Source: Macrostomum lignano (taxonomy: Eukaryota). Taken from it: a DNA stretch of 64,000 nucleotides. The DNA lies in the NCBI GenBank assembly GCA_002269645.1, contig NIVC01000496.1:21164-85163 (forward strand), given 5' to 3'. Positions 1 through 15,660 of the stretch are shown piece after piece; within the stretch, counting starts at the first letter, position 1; the number at the start of each line of letters is the position of its first letter. The position numbers and the translations under genes are program-made. A model generated the notes under the pieces. It was not told where the DNA came from. It did no database searches and saw only the letters and a list, made by a program, of their open reading frames with translations.

Positions 1-5
1 ATTAT

Positions 6-312
6 TAGAGATGTTCCGAATGATCTGCAGTTTCGTCAAAATCAAAATTCGCTAACTTTCCAAAATCAAAATTGAAATTTCCCGAAATCATAATTCAGAA
101 AAACAAAGTTTAGCATGATCAACACTCACTTTTTTACTTTCAATTTACTGCTTAAGCAAAAAGTAATACATGTATATACAGTAGAAAGTAGTTTATTTTT
201 AGTGACTTTTTAGACAACCAAAATTTTCACTTCTAAATTTTTTTGAAATTGAAATTTGCTCTAAAAAATTCAAATTTTGGAAAATTGAAATTGAATTTTC
301 AAAACATCTCTA
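6..312. mobile_element. Putative hAT-like MITE (~307 bp)
   Basis: Terminal inverted repeat TTAGAGATGTT (5-15) / AACATCTCTAA (303-313); TAGAGATG ends resemble hAT TIRs; AT-rich non-coding interior. The 8-bp TSD cannot be verified because the left flank is cut by the window edge. Confidence 0.4.
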
Positions 313-477
313 AGCTTAATAAATTACAAGTGTATAAGCCCCTTCAACAGAGGTATTATACCCATTTCCATGTATATGTATTTGCTAGAGCAGCAGCCAG
401 TAAGAAAGGGCAGCGTGCGTGAAAAAATTCAAAAGTGCACTAGACACCATCTGCGGTTTTACAACTTTTTCCTATAG

Positions 478-830
478 GGCCCCCAGATAGCAAGCATCCC
501 CCAGATAGCAAGGATCCCCTAGATAGCAAGCATCCCCCAGATAGCAAGCATCCCCCAGATAGCAAGCATCCCCCAGATAGCAAGCATCCCCCAGATAGCA
601 AACATAACCTAGATAAAAAGACCTTATAGATATCTAGCAACCCCCTCTCAGATAGCAAGTACCCTCTACCCCCCAAGAGCAAGCATCTCCCAATAGCAGA
701 TAACCCCAGTAGCAAGCATCCCTCAGATAGCAAGCATCCCTCAGAAAGCAAGCATCCCCCTAATAGCAAGTATCTATCCTTAAATAGCAAGCATCCACCA
801 GAGAACAAGTAGCTAGTGCAACAATTTCCT
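478..830. repeat. ~18-bp minisatellite (CCCCAGATAGCAAGCATC), degenerate at the right end
   Basis: Directly visible tandem copies; explains spurious ORF 440..808. Confidence 0.9.
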
Positions 831-857
831 TAGCTTTATAGTGGCTCCATTTTGTTT

Positions 858-1762
858 GGCATGACACTTCTTTTTATGTTTGAAACAGTGGCTTTTTTAT
901 GTTTGAAATGGTGGCTCTTCTATTTTTGACATGGTAGCTCTTTATTGTTGACATGGTGGCTCTTCTGTGTTTGACATGGTGTCTTTTTTATGTTTGACAT
1001 GTTGGCTCCCCTTTGTGTGACATGGTGTCTCTTTTATGTGTTTAACATTTGACATGAAGTCACCTAGAGGTTTGACATGGTGGCTATTTAATGTTTGACA
1101 TGGAGTCACATATATGTTTGACATGGTGGCTCTTTAATGTTCGACATGGTGGCTCTTAAATGGTTGACATGGTGGCTCTTTTATTTTTGACATGGTGCTC
1201 TTTTATGTCTTACTTGGTAGCATTTTTATGTTTGAAATGGTGGCTCTTTTATGTTTGACATGGTGGCTCTTTAATGTTTGACATGGTAGCTCTTTAATGT
1301 TTGACATGGAGTCACATATATGTTTGACATGTTGGCTCTTTAATGTTCGACATAGTGGCTTTTAAATGGTTGAAATGGTGGCTCTTTTATTTTTGACATG
1401 GTGGCTCTTTTATGTCTTACTTGGTAGCATTTTTATGTTTGAAATGGTGGCTCTTTTATGTTTGACATGGTAGCTCTTTTATGCTTGACATGGTAGCTCT
1501 TTTATGCTTGACATGGTGGCTCTTTAATGTTTGAAATGGTGACTCTAATATTTGACATGGTAGCTCTTTCATGTTTAAGATGGTGGCTCTTTAATGTTTG
1601 ACATGGTGGCTCTTTAATGTTTGACATGGAGTCACATATATTTTTGACATGGTAGCTCTTTTTATGTTTGACATGGTGGCTCTATTATGTTTGACATATT
1701 GGCTCTTTTTATGTTTGACATGGTGGCTCTATTATGTTTGACATATTGGCTCTTTTATGTTT
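858..1762. repeat. ~20-bp degenerate minisatellite (TTTGACATGGTGGCTCTTTTATG)
   Basis: Dozens of tandem variants visible; two units read TTCGAC instead of TTTGAC (~1141, ~1348). Confidence 0.9.
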
Positions 1763-3290
1763 AGCATTTTTGTGTTTTTAAGGTGTTTTAATAAAAAAAT
1801 TTTTTGCACTACTAAGATTCAAACCCAGGTTGCTAGATTAGCAGTCCAGTCTGTTCACATCGAGGCTGTCTCTTTTCAATTGGAGAACATGATTTGTGGC
1901 CCTTATAATTCAATACTTACAGCAAGTCGGGTAGAGTAAAAAGTTATGACATAATCAATTTCTCAGTTAGCCAGTATCAGTCTCAATTAAAATTAGCAAT
2001 ATTGGTTATGCAATTTCAATCAAGTCTTGTGTGCATTTCTTTGGCACTGTTTTCACCTTGTTGTGATGCAATCTATTTCAGAATCAGAATTCAAAAAGTC
2101 AGTTTTTTCTCTAGCATTCTTACAATGTATTTCAAGTCAAAAATTTTGCTTGACCTTTGCAAAAAGCATGTTTTTCAAATATTTAATCCCTTTAACATTG
2201 AGCAATTTCTTAGCCAACATGCATATACCATCCCAGGAAAATTTCTGATTGAATGGTGCAAATTTGAAGAAAATTGATTTAGCAGTTTTTTCTGAAAATA
2301 ATTGCATACCCATATACATACCTAGATAACTCATTTTTAATATATAGGAATTTTAATAAGTCCAAACTAAGCTAACTATGCATTTGACTTTGAAATGCAT
2401 ATATTTTAAAGGAACTAACAAGACTAACAATAGTCACTTTTTGAACCATAGGCCACTTTGGTCTGCTTACCAAGTGAAATTAATAAATAAAAATTTTTGT
2501 TAATTTTAGATGATAAAAACTTGTTTAAGAATGATTATTGATACTGGAACTATTATCTAGCTACAAAATTATTATTCTTTGCTATTGTTTGATATTAAGA
2601 TAGTCATAATTAATAAATTAATAAATAAAAAGTTTAAAGTCAAAAGTAGTATAAGTAAAAGTATTTATTAATCAATATTAATTTGTCCTTAATAAGCTGG
2701 CTTATACTTTAACATCTATTAAACAAGGTCTTATTAGGCTATTTGCTAGTGTTCCACTATAAAGGGGGTTTATATATAGTAGCCATAGCTATAAGCAAAA
2801 CTATGGCTTTTTCCAATTCTCTATATTATGTAGCCATATGGACCCCAATATTACTATATTCCCATAGTTCTCATAGCCACAGTTTTAACAAAAAGTCTAG
2901 GATATAAAGTAGTTTGAATTAGGAATTAGGTTTAACTTAATATTTAAACAATTAGAAACAAAGATAAAAGCTAAGTTTCTGAATCTATGATGCTATTTAT
3001 AAAGTTAATAAGTTAATAAAGTTTATCATTTACACTATAGTAGAGTTTGCAAAATCAATCAAGTATTAGTGCTGTCATTAGTTCTCCTAAGCCACAAGTT
3101 GAATTTATATTTATATTAATATAGTGAACAAGGTAGCTGAAATATCTGTGGTAAATTATTGGTTAGGATTGTCTATTGGGAAGAGCATTATGACTAACTG
3201 AAAAGTATAAGGCTGTATTGCTAAACATAAAATATGATTGCTTATTTAATAGTTAAAAATTGTATTATTCTAAGCTAAGAATGTGTTGTC

Positions 3291-4135
3291 TATGCATGGT
3301 AATTTTGATAAAAACTGGAATATTATATCATATAATCTCCTCAAAATCAGGGGCCAATTTTATGAAGCACTGGTTAATAACTAGTAATAAAAAACCAAAA
3401 ATAGCACCAGTGCTGATAATTTTGATTTTATGAAGCATAGATAAAATCAGTCTAGATGCTAATAGTTAATCAACTAGTATGTAAATATTATAAATGTAAA
3501 TTTTATTATATAAGCCTATATTTGGAAGTTGGCCCATAGACACTAGAAAAAACTGTGTTAATCTTTCTATCTCCTTATGTAGTCTATCTTCTAAAAGACC
3601 AACATTAGGCTCAAGCCTTTCCTTAAGCATGAATCCTTAAATGAATCAGCTTGGACCCACCCTCTCCACTCCCTCTCTCTGGCTCTCTATCTTATCCACA
3701 CTGTGTACATTGACTAGAGCATAGATGCAATCTGTGGCTTCAACTATTGAAACCTCAAAGTGCATTCTAAGCACTGAACAAAGTAGCCATCGTTGTCCAT
3801 GAATGCTCTCTCAATATAAACAAGACCGGCGTCATTTGTCATTGACTTCCCACAATTGGAGCAGATCTATGCTCGAAATGCTAGTCTGTTATTAGTATAG
3901 TTGGCTTTTATCCTGCTTTGAAGGTGGATAAAATTTATAAATTTTGATTTTATCTACAATTTTTTACCAGTGGTAGACTGATAAGAGCTTTGTAAAATTG
4001 GATTCAGCACCTCTGCCACAAAAAATTTATATGGTTGATAGGTGGTAAAAAATCAGTGCTTTGTAAAATAGAGATAGAAAAATACCATTGGTTTGCTAGT
4101 AATTTACCAGTGGTAGTGCTTCATAAAATTGGTCC
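3291..4135. mobile_element. Non-autonomous PIF/Harbinger-type element (845 bp)
   Basis: 21-bp TIRs GGGCCAATTTTATGAAGCACT (3291-3311) and AGTGCTTCATAAAATTGGTCC (4115-4135), flanked on both sides by CAG (3288-3290, 4136-4138), a 3-bp CWG-type TSD. Confidence 0.7.
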
Positions 4136-5340
4136 CAGAGCAATCAAATTTCATATATGATTATGCCATTTAATTTATCATAGTCTATGGTTAGAATATC
4201 CTCAGTTGCAATCAATGGTCCTCAGCTCACTTTGCTCGCCCAAGGAATTCTAAATCTAGCAACTGGAATGACAACTGAAATAGCGGTGAAGACTTTTTTT
4301 ATACAAGATGAGGCTTACTGCAATTGCCACAGACATAGGATTTGTTTTCCGTATCAACTTAGATTGCCACTAAGAAGAATCAGCTTCATTCACCTTATTT
4401 TGTCTTTGTCTTAAGAGTGACTTTCCTAAAGCCAAGTCTCTGCATCCTCTGCAAGATTTAGAATTCCTTGGCTTACCTTGTGACCATTAAATGGAGCCTC
4501 AAACATTGTATCATTTTGGAGGGCTTTTAGGGGTCTACCAATGAAGCTAAATTGCTGCACATTTTAAATGTCTATGGCCAAACCACACTGAGAAAACACT
4601 TCAGCAAAAATCCAAGCAAGTCAGAATCTCAACTCAGTCAATAGGCCTGCGAAAAAAAGATAGCAAGCACGTAGTACACCTTCTGTTGAAGAATGGGTCA
4701 TTTTGGTCCAAGTCAAAGTTCTTCAGTCAAAGTAGCAGCGTTACTTTTCCAAATCCTGTCTCCAAAGCACAGATGGTTTCACGGAGCCACCTGACTTGAT
4801 GAACATTGGCGGTGGTGGCTTTGAATTGAAGATTGGCCTTTCCGAAATGTTGATCCTCAATGATATTGATTCCACAGACACGAAGTAGATAGCAGAATAG
4901 ACCAGCTTGCAGGTGCAGGTGCATAAAACTGCCATTAATCTTGCGTAAGCGTAGAAGAGTGTAGAAGATGCTCAATCCAGTGACTAGATGTTGAATATCG
5001 GCTGTCGCTGGATTGCAGAAGTAGCTCTTACTCGACAGAACCTCGCTAAACTTACAAAGCACCAATTTTCTTGCACTAGAACAGACTGGCATATTGCCCA
5101 ATTGCATAGTATTTATTTTATTGATCTCAGTGGAGGAGCTTCAACTTCATCGGCATCCAATTGAATGATATCGTCAAGCATGCTGGGAACTAACTGGGAA
5201 CTCAAAGCTCCAACAACGTCACCTTGCAACATGTTCAATAGTCCAATACGAGTGCCGGTTGTTGAATCCAACATGAAAACCATATGCTTTTGGTCGCAGT
5301 CGCGCATTGAGCTTTAGCTAGCTATGAACCTTCTGCTATA

Positions 5341-5924
5341 CTGTCCGTCAAAAGTTCCGGAACCCTTGCTACGATGTCTTCTAGCGGACATAATTTCAGT
5401 CCGTTTCAATTGTAACTTGATTCAAATGAAAGCTGCGGATCTCAGCTCCATGATGTGGTCAAGAAAAGTTTATTCGAAGGAGCGCGTGTGAACAGGCCAG
5501 TGTTATGTACATAAAGGTTAGAGAAAAAAAGTGAGGAAAAGACAGACAAGCAATTGACTCTCCCATGAAAGCTGACTGCACAAGAATCCATAAGAGCCTG
5601 TTGATTTCAACACAAGTTTTGGCCATATACTAATGTTAGCCAGGCTGAACACTGCGCGCAAACCGATTCCTTCCCATGTGTGTTTGCTCCATAGACTCAG
5701 CAACCATAGACAATTGCTTGTTTGTCTTTTCCTCACTTTTTCTCTAACCTTTATGTACATAACACTGGCCTGTTCACACGCGCTCCTTCGAATAAACTTT
5801 TTCTTGACCACATCATGGAGCTGAGATCCGCAGCTTTAATTTGAATCAAGTTACAATTGAAACGGACTGAAATTATGTCCGCTAAAAGACATCGTAGCAA
5901 GGGTTCCGGAACTTTGACGGACAG
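5341..5924. mobile_element. Foldback MITE with ~205-bp inverted arms and TA target duplication (Tc1/mariner-type non-autonomous element)
   Basis: Left arm CTGTCCGTCAAAAGTTCCGGAACCC...GACAGACAAGCAATTG (5341-5546) is the near-perfect reverse complement of 5711-5924; TA on both flanks (5339-5340, 5925-5926). Confidence 0.8.
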
Positions 5925-6107
5925 TATATTTGACTTACAACTAACAACTTCATGTCTACACTTTCTATTTTGGACCATAGATATTTTGAGCGTGCAGCAT
6001 TAGCTCTCAGCATAGCTATATAATTGCTACTCTATGCTTTTCAATTGCTTAAATTTAGATACTTTAGATTAGATTCAGGACTCAGGTTCCAAAAAACAAC
6101 TAGTTAA

Positions 6108-10976
<4,869 letters not shown>

Positions 10977-11830
10977 GTCGTCAGAGACGTCAGAGGATGC
11001 AAGCAGCGACGATATCAGGGGAATCAGGAGTTCAGCTGCTAAATGAATTGTATGCATGATTTCTAGTTCAGTTTCTGCTCTTGTTTTGCGATTTTGATCC
11101 CTCATTGCTGGTGCAATGCCCGCAGAAGTTAAACCTTGCTGGTCTGCGCTAATCCCAGGGCTGACGTTCAGTGTGCCATTTTTATTCATCGGTCAGTCAT
11201 TCTGCTTCTTGCCCTGCGCACCTTCGGCGAGCACTTGGTTATCGAGCCGTGCCGGAGACACTTGAGATTCTGTAAGCCAAATTGGCTCTGCTATTCATTG
11301 CTTTACCATTACGCTTAGCGATTATGCTAATCAGTTATTATGAGACACTGTGATTTCCGCTAATTCCCTTTTTGATTCCCCTATTTTGCTACTGTTAATC
11401 ACTGACGTTATCTTGTTGCCCTGCGCAGTTGCTTCACTTGGCTTCGAACTGTTATTTTAGTGTACATATCCTACAGGTAGATTGTAGCTTCGTTGGTGAT
11501 CGCAGTTTACGACTAGTCTGCGTCTCAACTATTTTTAGCTTTGTTCTTTGTACGCCCACCAGAAAGGTTTTATATCTGCACTTTTATATCTTATATCTTC
11601 ACAGAACACTTCGTTGTGCACAAATATTCTATTCCAGCTAAGTATTTCCCTTTGATTATTTTATCATTGCAAAGGTTTAAAAAAATAGACAGAATAGCGG
11701 AGTGCCATTCCGGCAACTCCTTCAGTTCAATAACTGATTTGAGTCCTCTTCAGTCTTGCTTTATTTTCACTTAGTTTCATTTGGGCTTCGCAGGCGGTTC
11801 AGCTTAACTGCGGTGCAGAGGCAGGCATAC

Positions 11831-13897
11831 TCAGTCGAACTCGGCGCCCAGCGCGATGCTCACTTCGCCAGGCTCAACTTCTGTCTCGTGAATCCACTTT
11901 GACGTCTTTAAAGCAACTGAAAACATTGGTGGGAAAATTTAGCCATGAACCTGGAAAACTGTAGCAGCCAACTAAATGTTGTAGCGACTCACTCATGTCC
12001 CCGGGTCTCAGCAAGACTTGATACACATGCTGGCAGGTATAGTAGCAATTCAGAGGCGGCCTCAGGCGCCACCGCTTGCTGCCCTGAATCTGCGCCTGCC
12101 ACGTGTTGTAGTACACTGCGTCGATCTGCGTGGGGTTCAGGTTTTTTACGTTAGTTTTTGTACTTGGTTCGGTTTCTGGACTAGTTGGTTCAGGTTCGGT
12201 TTCTGGACTAGTTGGTTCAGGTTCGGTTTCTGGACTAGTTGGTTCAGGTTCGGTTCCGGGACTAGTTGGTTCAGGTTCGGTTCCGGGACTAGTTGGTTCA
12301 GGTTCGGTTTCTGGACTAGTTGGTTCAGGTTCGGTTTCTGAACTAGTTGGTTCAGGTTCGGTTCCGGGACTAGTTGGTTCAGGTTCGGTTCCGGGACTAG
12401 TTGGTTCAGGTTCGGTTTCTGGACTAGTTGGTTCAGGTTCGGTTTCTGAACTAGTTGGTTCAGGTTCGGTTCCGGGACTAGTTGGTTCAGGTTCGGTTCC
12501 GGGACTAGTTGGTTCAGGTTCGGTTTCTGGACTAGTTGGTTCAGGTTCGGTTTCTGGACTAGTTGGTTCAGGTTCGGTTACGGGACTAGTTGGTTCAGGT
12601 TCGGTTTCTGAACTAGTTGGTTCAGGTTCGGTTCCGGGACTAGTTGGTTCAGGTTCGGTTCCGGGACTAGTTGGTTCAGGTTCGGTTTCTGGACTAGTTG
12701 GTTCAGGTTCGGTTTCTGGACTAGTTGGTTCAGGTTCGGTTTCGGGACTAGTTGGTTCAGGTTCGGTTTCGGGACTAGTTGGTTCGGGTTTATTTCAGGA
12801 CTAGTTGGTTCAGCTTCGGTTTCGTGCTGGCTGGTTCTGGCTTGGTTTGATTTCTGTTTAAAATGCGATATCTGTTCTTTCGAATGCATTAATAAATTTT
12901 GTCAGCTGCACAGAAATAAAAAGCCAAACATTTGAAACTTTCCAAAGTAAATATCGATCGTAATTCCTATCACGGTTGTGTACCTAAGATCAATTTTAGG
13001 CTAAGAAAGGCGTTGAAAATATAATCGCCCTAAAGACTCCAGAATAGCAGGTCTTTGTGCTCACATGGGCTGGCGCGCCCTTGCCGGGTCCGCCGACGAA
13101 AATCCACTCAGTGGCGCCGTGTTCGCTGTCGCTGGCCAGAAATCCCGGCCTTTTGTAGAGCCGCCTCAGCCTCCGAGCAACTCGCTGGTTGCAGACATTC
13201 CTGCAAGCGCGTGTTAGTGGCTGTTTGATGCTGACAATTCTCAAGGCCTGCAGTTAATATGCGAGCACCTTGAAGTGCAAATGCAGTCGTGTCACTCACC
13301 AACCGACGTACCAGGAGTCACGGCTCAGATTTTCCGGCTCCTTGGACCAGCGGAAAAAGTGGCCAAGCGTTGGGAACTGGTTCTTGTAGTCGAACATCTG
13401 GCAGAGCACGCTGGCCCTCCACCGCCGCCCTCTGGGTGGCCTTCGTTGGTCCACCGGCCCCGCCGGGCCTCCCGATAGAGCCGGCGCAGCAGGTCGAGGT
13501 CGAGGCGCCTGGTCACCGCCGGCCAATCCGCTGCGCCACCGCGGATGACAACAGGCACGTTCCGCTCCAGGAACTCCGACCGGAACCGGGCTGGGCTGAT
13601 GGCCTCGGCGCCTGCCTGCAGCTCTGGCAGGCTGGTGAGGTTGGCGCAGTGGCCGCAGTCGGTGTCGGGCTGCAGTAGCATCTGCACCCAACCCGACTGC
13701 GCCGCCAGCAGACAGGGTGCGCTGTACGGGTCGCTGCCGGGGTTCGCCCGCCTCGCCCAGGCGGCCATGGCGGAGTCAAAAAGTTCGGCCGCCCATCCTG
13801 GCGACTCCGGCTCAGGAGGCCAGGCGTGGCGGCCGAACAACAGCAGCAGCAGCAGAGCCAGCAGACCTCCGCCTACCTTTTTGGCAGTACCTGGCAT
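11831..13897 (-). CDS. JmjC/cupin-like domain protein with N-terminal signal or anchor, 4 exons, one apparent frameshift in exon 1
   Basis: Exons 13897-13300, 13200-13065, 12125-11993, 11916-11831. Motifs PVVIRG.A.DWPA, CQMFDYK..F, WYVGW, EWIFVGGPG.GA.AH|IDAV..TWQAQIQGSKRW.L.PP, W.HET, IALGAEFD-stop. The H-x-D...H triad is present. A +1 base is needed near 13410-13435. Confidence 0.85.
12160..12830. repeat. 27-bp minisatellite (~24 copies) in intron 2 of the cupin gene
   Basis: Unit GGACTAGTTGGTTCAGGTTCGGTTTCT; explains ORF 12130..12804 (GLVGSGSVS repeats). Confidence 0.95.
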
Positions 13898-14589
13898 CGC
13901 ATGAGTTGGCGCGGCTGCTTGCAGTCTTCCGCACAGAGTATTATTTATACCTTGAGTTCAGGTCGACCAGGCTGCATCACGCAACAGGCCAGTTTCCTGG
14001 AGCCGGTCAGAGTTCTGCTGGTCGCGTCAATCAGGTCTACCAGAAATCAGCGAATTTCCGCCGTTTGTGGCTTTCTGAAAGCCCACAGGCTGGGACTCGC
14101 CATGCTGGCATTTCCTAGCGTGCATGAACGGATAAGAAATGGCCTCACATTATTTGACTCTATTTTGCTTATCTGACGAATCGATGCCTTCAAATTGGCA
14201 AAGCTCGTGCTGTACAGATTAGATTTGGCTTTTAGCTTGATGATAAATGAACAAGGTGTTAGTATGCTCATATAGTGGTTTGAGGTGTAAAGGTTGTGTT
14301 GATATCGCTTGTGCATCTGTACTCATATATTCGTACTCATAATCGCCTATTGCACCTGCCCCTTCACGCCAGTGCCTTTATCGCCTCTACGAGCTATTCT
14401 GATGTGTTTAATTGTACATTGCAAGTAAGTCATTCACCCTTAGCACCCCGCTAAAGCCTTGCGTCAAGCCCACTTTCTATTAAATTGAAAATCAAAAACC
14501 TGGCACACAAAGTACTTCCCCTTCTCTCCAGTTATGAAAAATAAATGCAGGTTTGGCTAAGCAGCAATCGGTCATGAGCCTCCACTACA

Positions 14590-15100
14590 TAAAATCTCTG
14601 ACGAGTCACAACAGTTCTCGAAATTTTCGCATGCCCATGCCCATGTGATCATATTAGCTACCGTTACCTTACGTGAAATCTCTGACGAGTCACAACAGTT
14701 CTCGAAATTTTCGCATGCCCATGCCCATATGATCATATTAGCTACCGTTACCTTACGTGAAATCTCTGACGAGTCACAACAGTTCTCGAAATTTTCGCAT
14801 GCCCATGCCCATATGATCATATTAGCTACCGTTACCTTACGTGAAATCTCTGACGAGTCACAACAGTTCTCGAAATTTTCGCATGCCCATGCCCATATGA
14901 TCATATTAGCTACCGTTACCTTACGTGAAATCTCTGACGAGTCACAACAGTTCTCGAAATTTTCGCATGCCCATGCCCATATGATCATATTAGCTACCGT
15001 TACCTTACGTGAAATCTCTGACGAGTCACAACAGTTCTCGAAATTTTCGCATGCCCATGCCCATATGATCATATTAGCTACCGTTACCGTACATGAAATC
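14590..15100. repeat. 84-bp tandem repeat x6 in the divergent intergenic region between the cupin and PKD1L genes
   Basis: Period 84 (14676 to 14760); near-identical copies. Confidence 0.95.
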
Positions 15101-15660
15101 TCTTCACGCGTCGGCCAAGCAACTGCATGCAGTGCTCTGTGATGAAGTTAAAAGAATTTAGTTTTTGCAGGCGAGTGCAAAACGAAGTTTTGAGTGCAGC
15201 ATGGAGGAGCTCTGAGCACTTTCACGCCCAATTTCAGACAAAATCCTTAGCAAGATTTTATCTGCCTTGTAACTCGTAAATAATTAATTTTCTCAAACCG
15301 CCTCGCCCGACATGAGCACTGCTAGTTGCCAAAGCAGTTGCTCAAAAACAAAGGAGCTGCACTTCCTTCGTAGCAATGGGTTGCCATGGTGTTGCTGAGC
15401 TTCGTGCGAGCCGCCAGACCGTTGCCAACGCAAAGCGCAGCGAGCAATGCCGTACCCGTTTTTGACTCCATTATTCATGAAGCTGGGACAGCTCAATTTG
15501 TCGTTTGAATCATTGATGAGGCGCCCAGTGTCACCTCAGAACCATTTAATACGGCGGAACGACCCCGCATCTCTCGCGCTCAAAGTTTCTTAAAGTCTTC
15601 GCCAGCAGGCTCTGATTTGTGAGATTCATTTCACAAGCACCAGCTTCAAGGACCTCAGTG

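Noticed and set aside
4240-4471. 18-bp inverted repeat CCAAGGAATTCTAAATCT as MITE ends
   Set aside because: No TSD or recognisable TIR class found.
12130-12889. GLVGSGSVS repeat protein
   Set aside because: Antisense reading of a 27-bp intronic repeat in the cupin gene; no start context or splice support.
14572-15142. Repeat proteins on both strands
   Set aside because: The 84-bp unit happens to be stop-free in one frame on each strand; no coding evidence.
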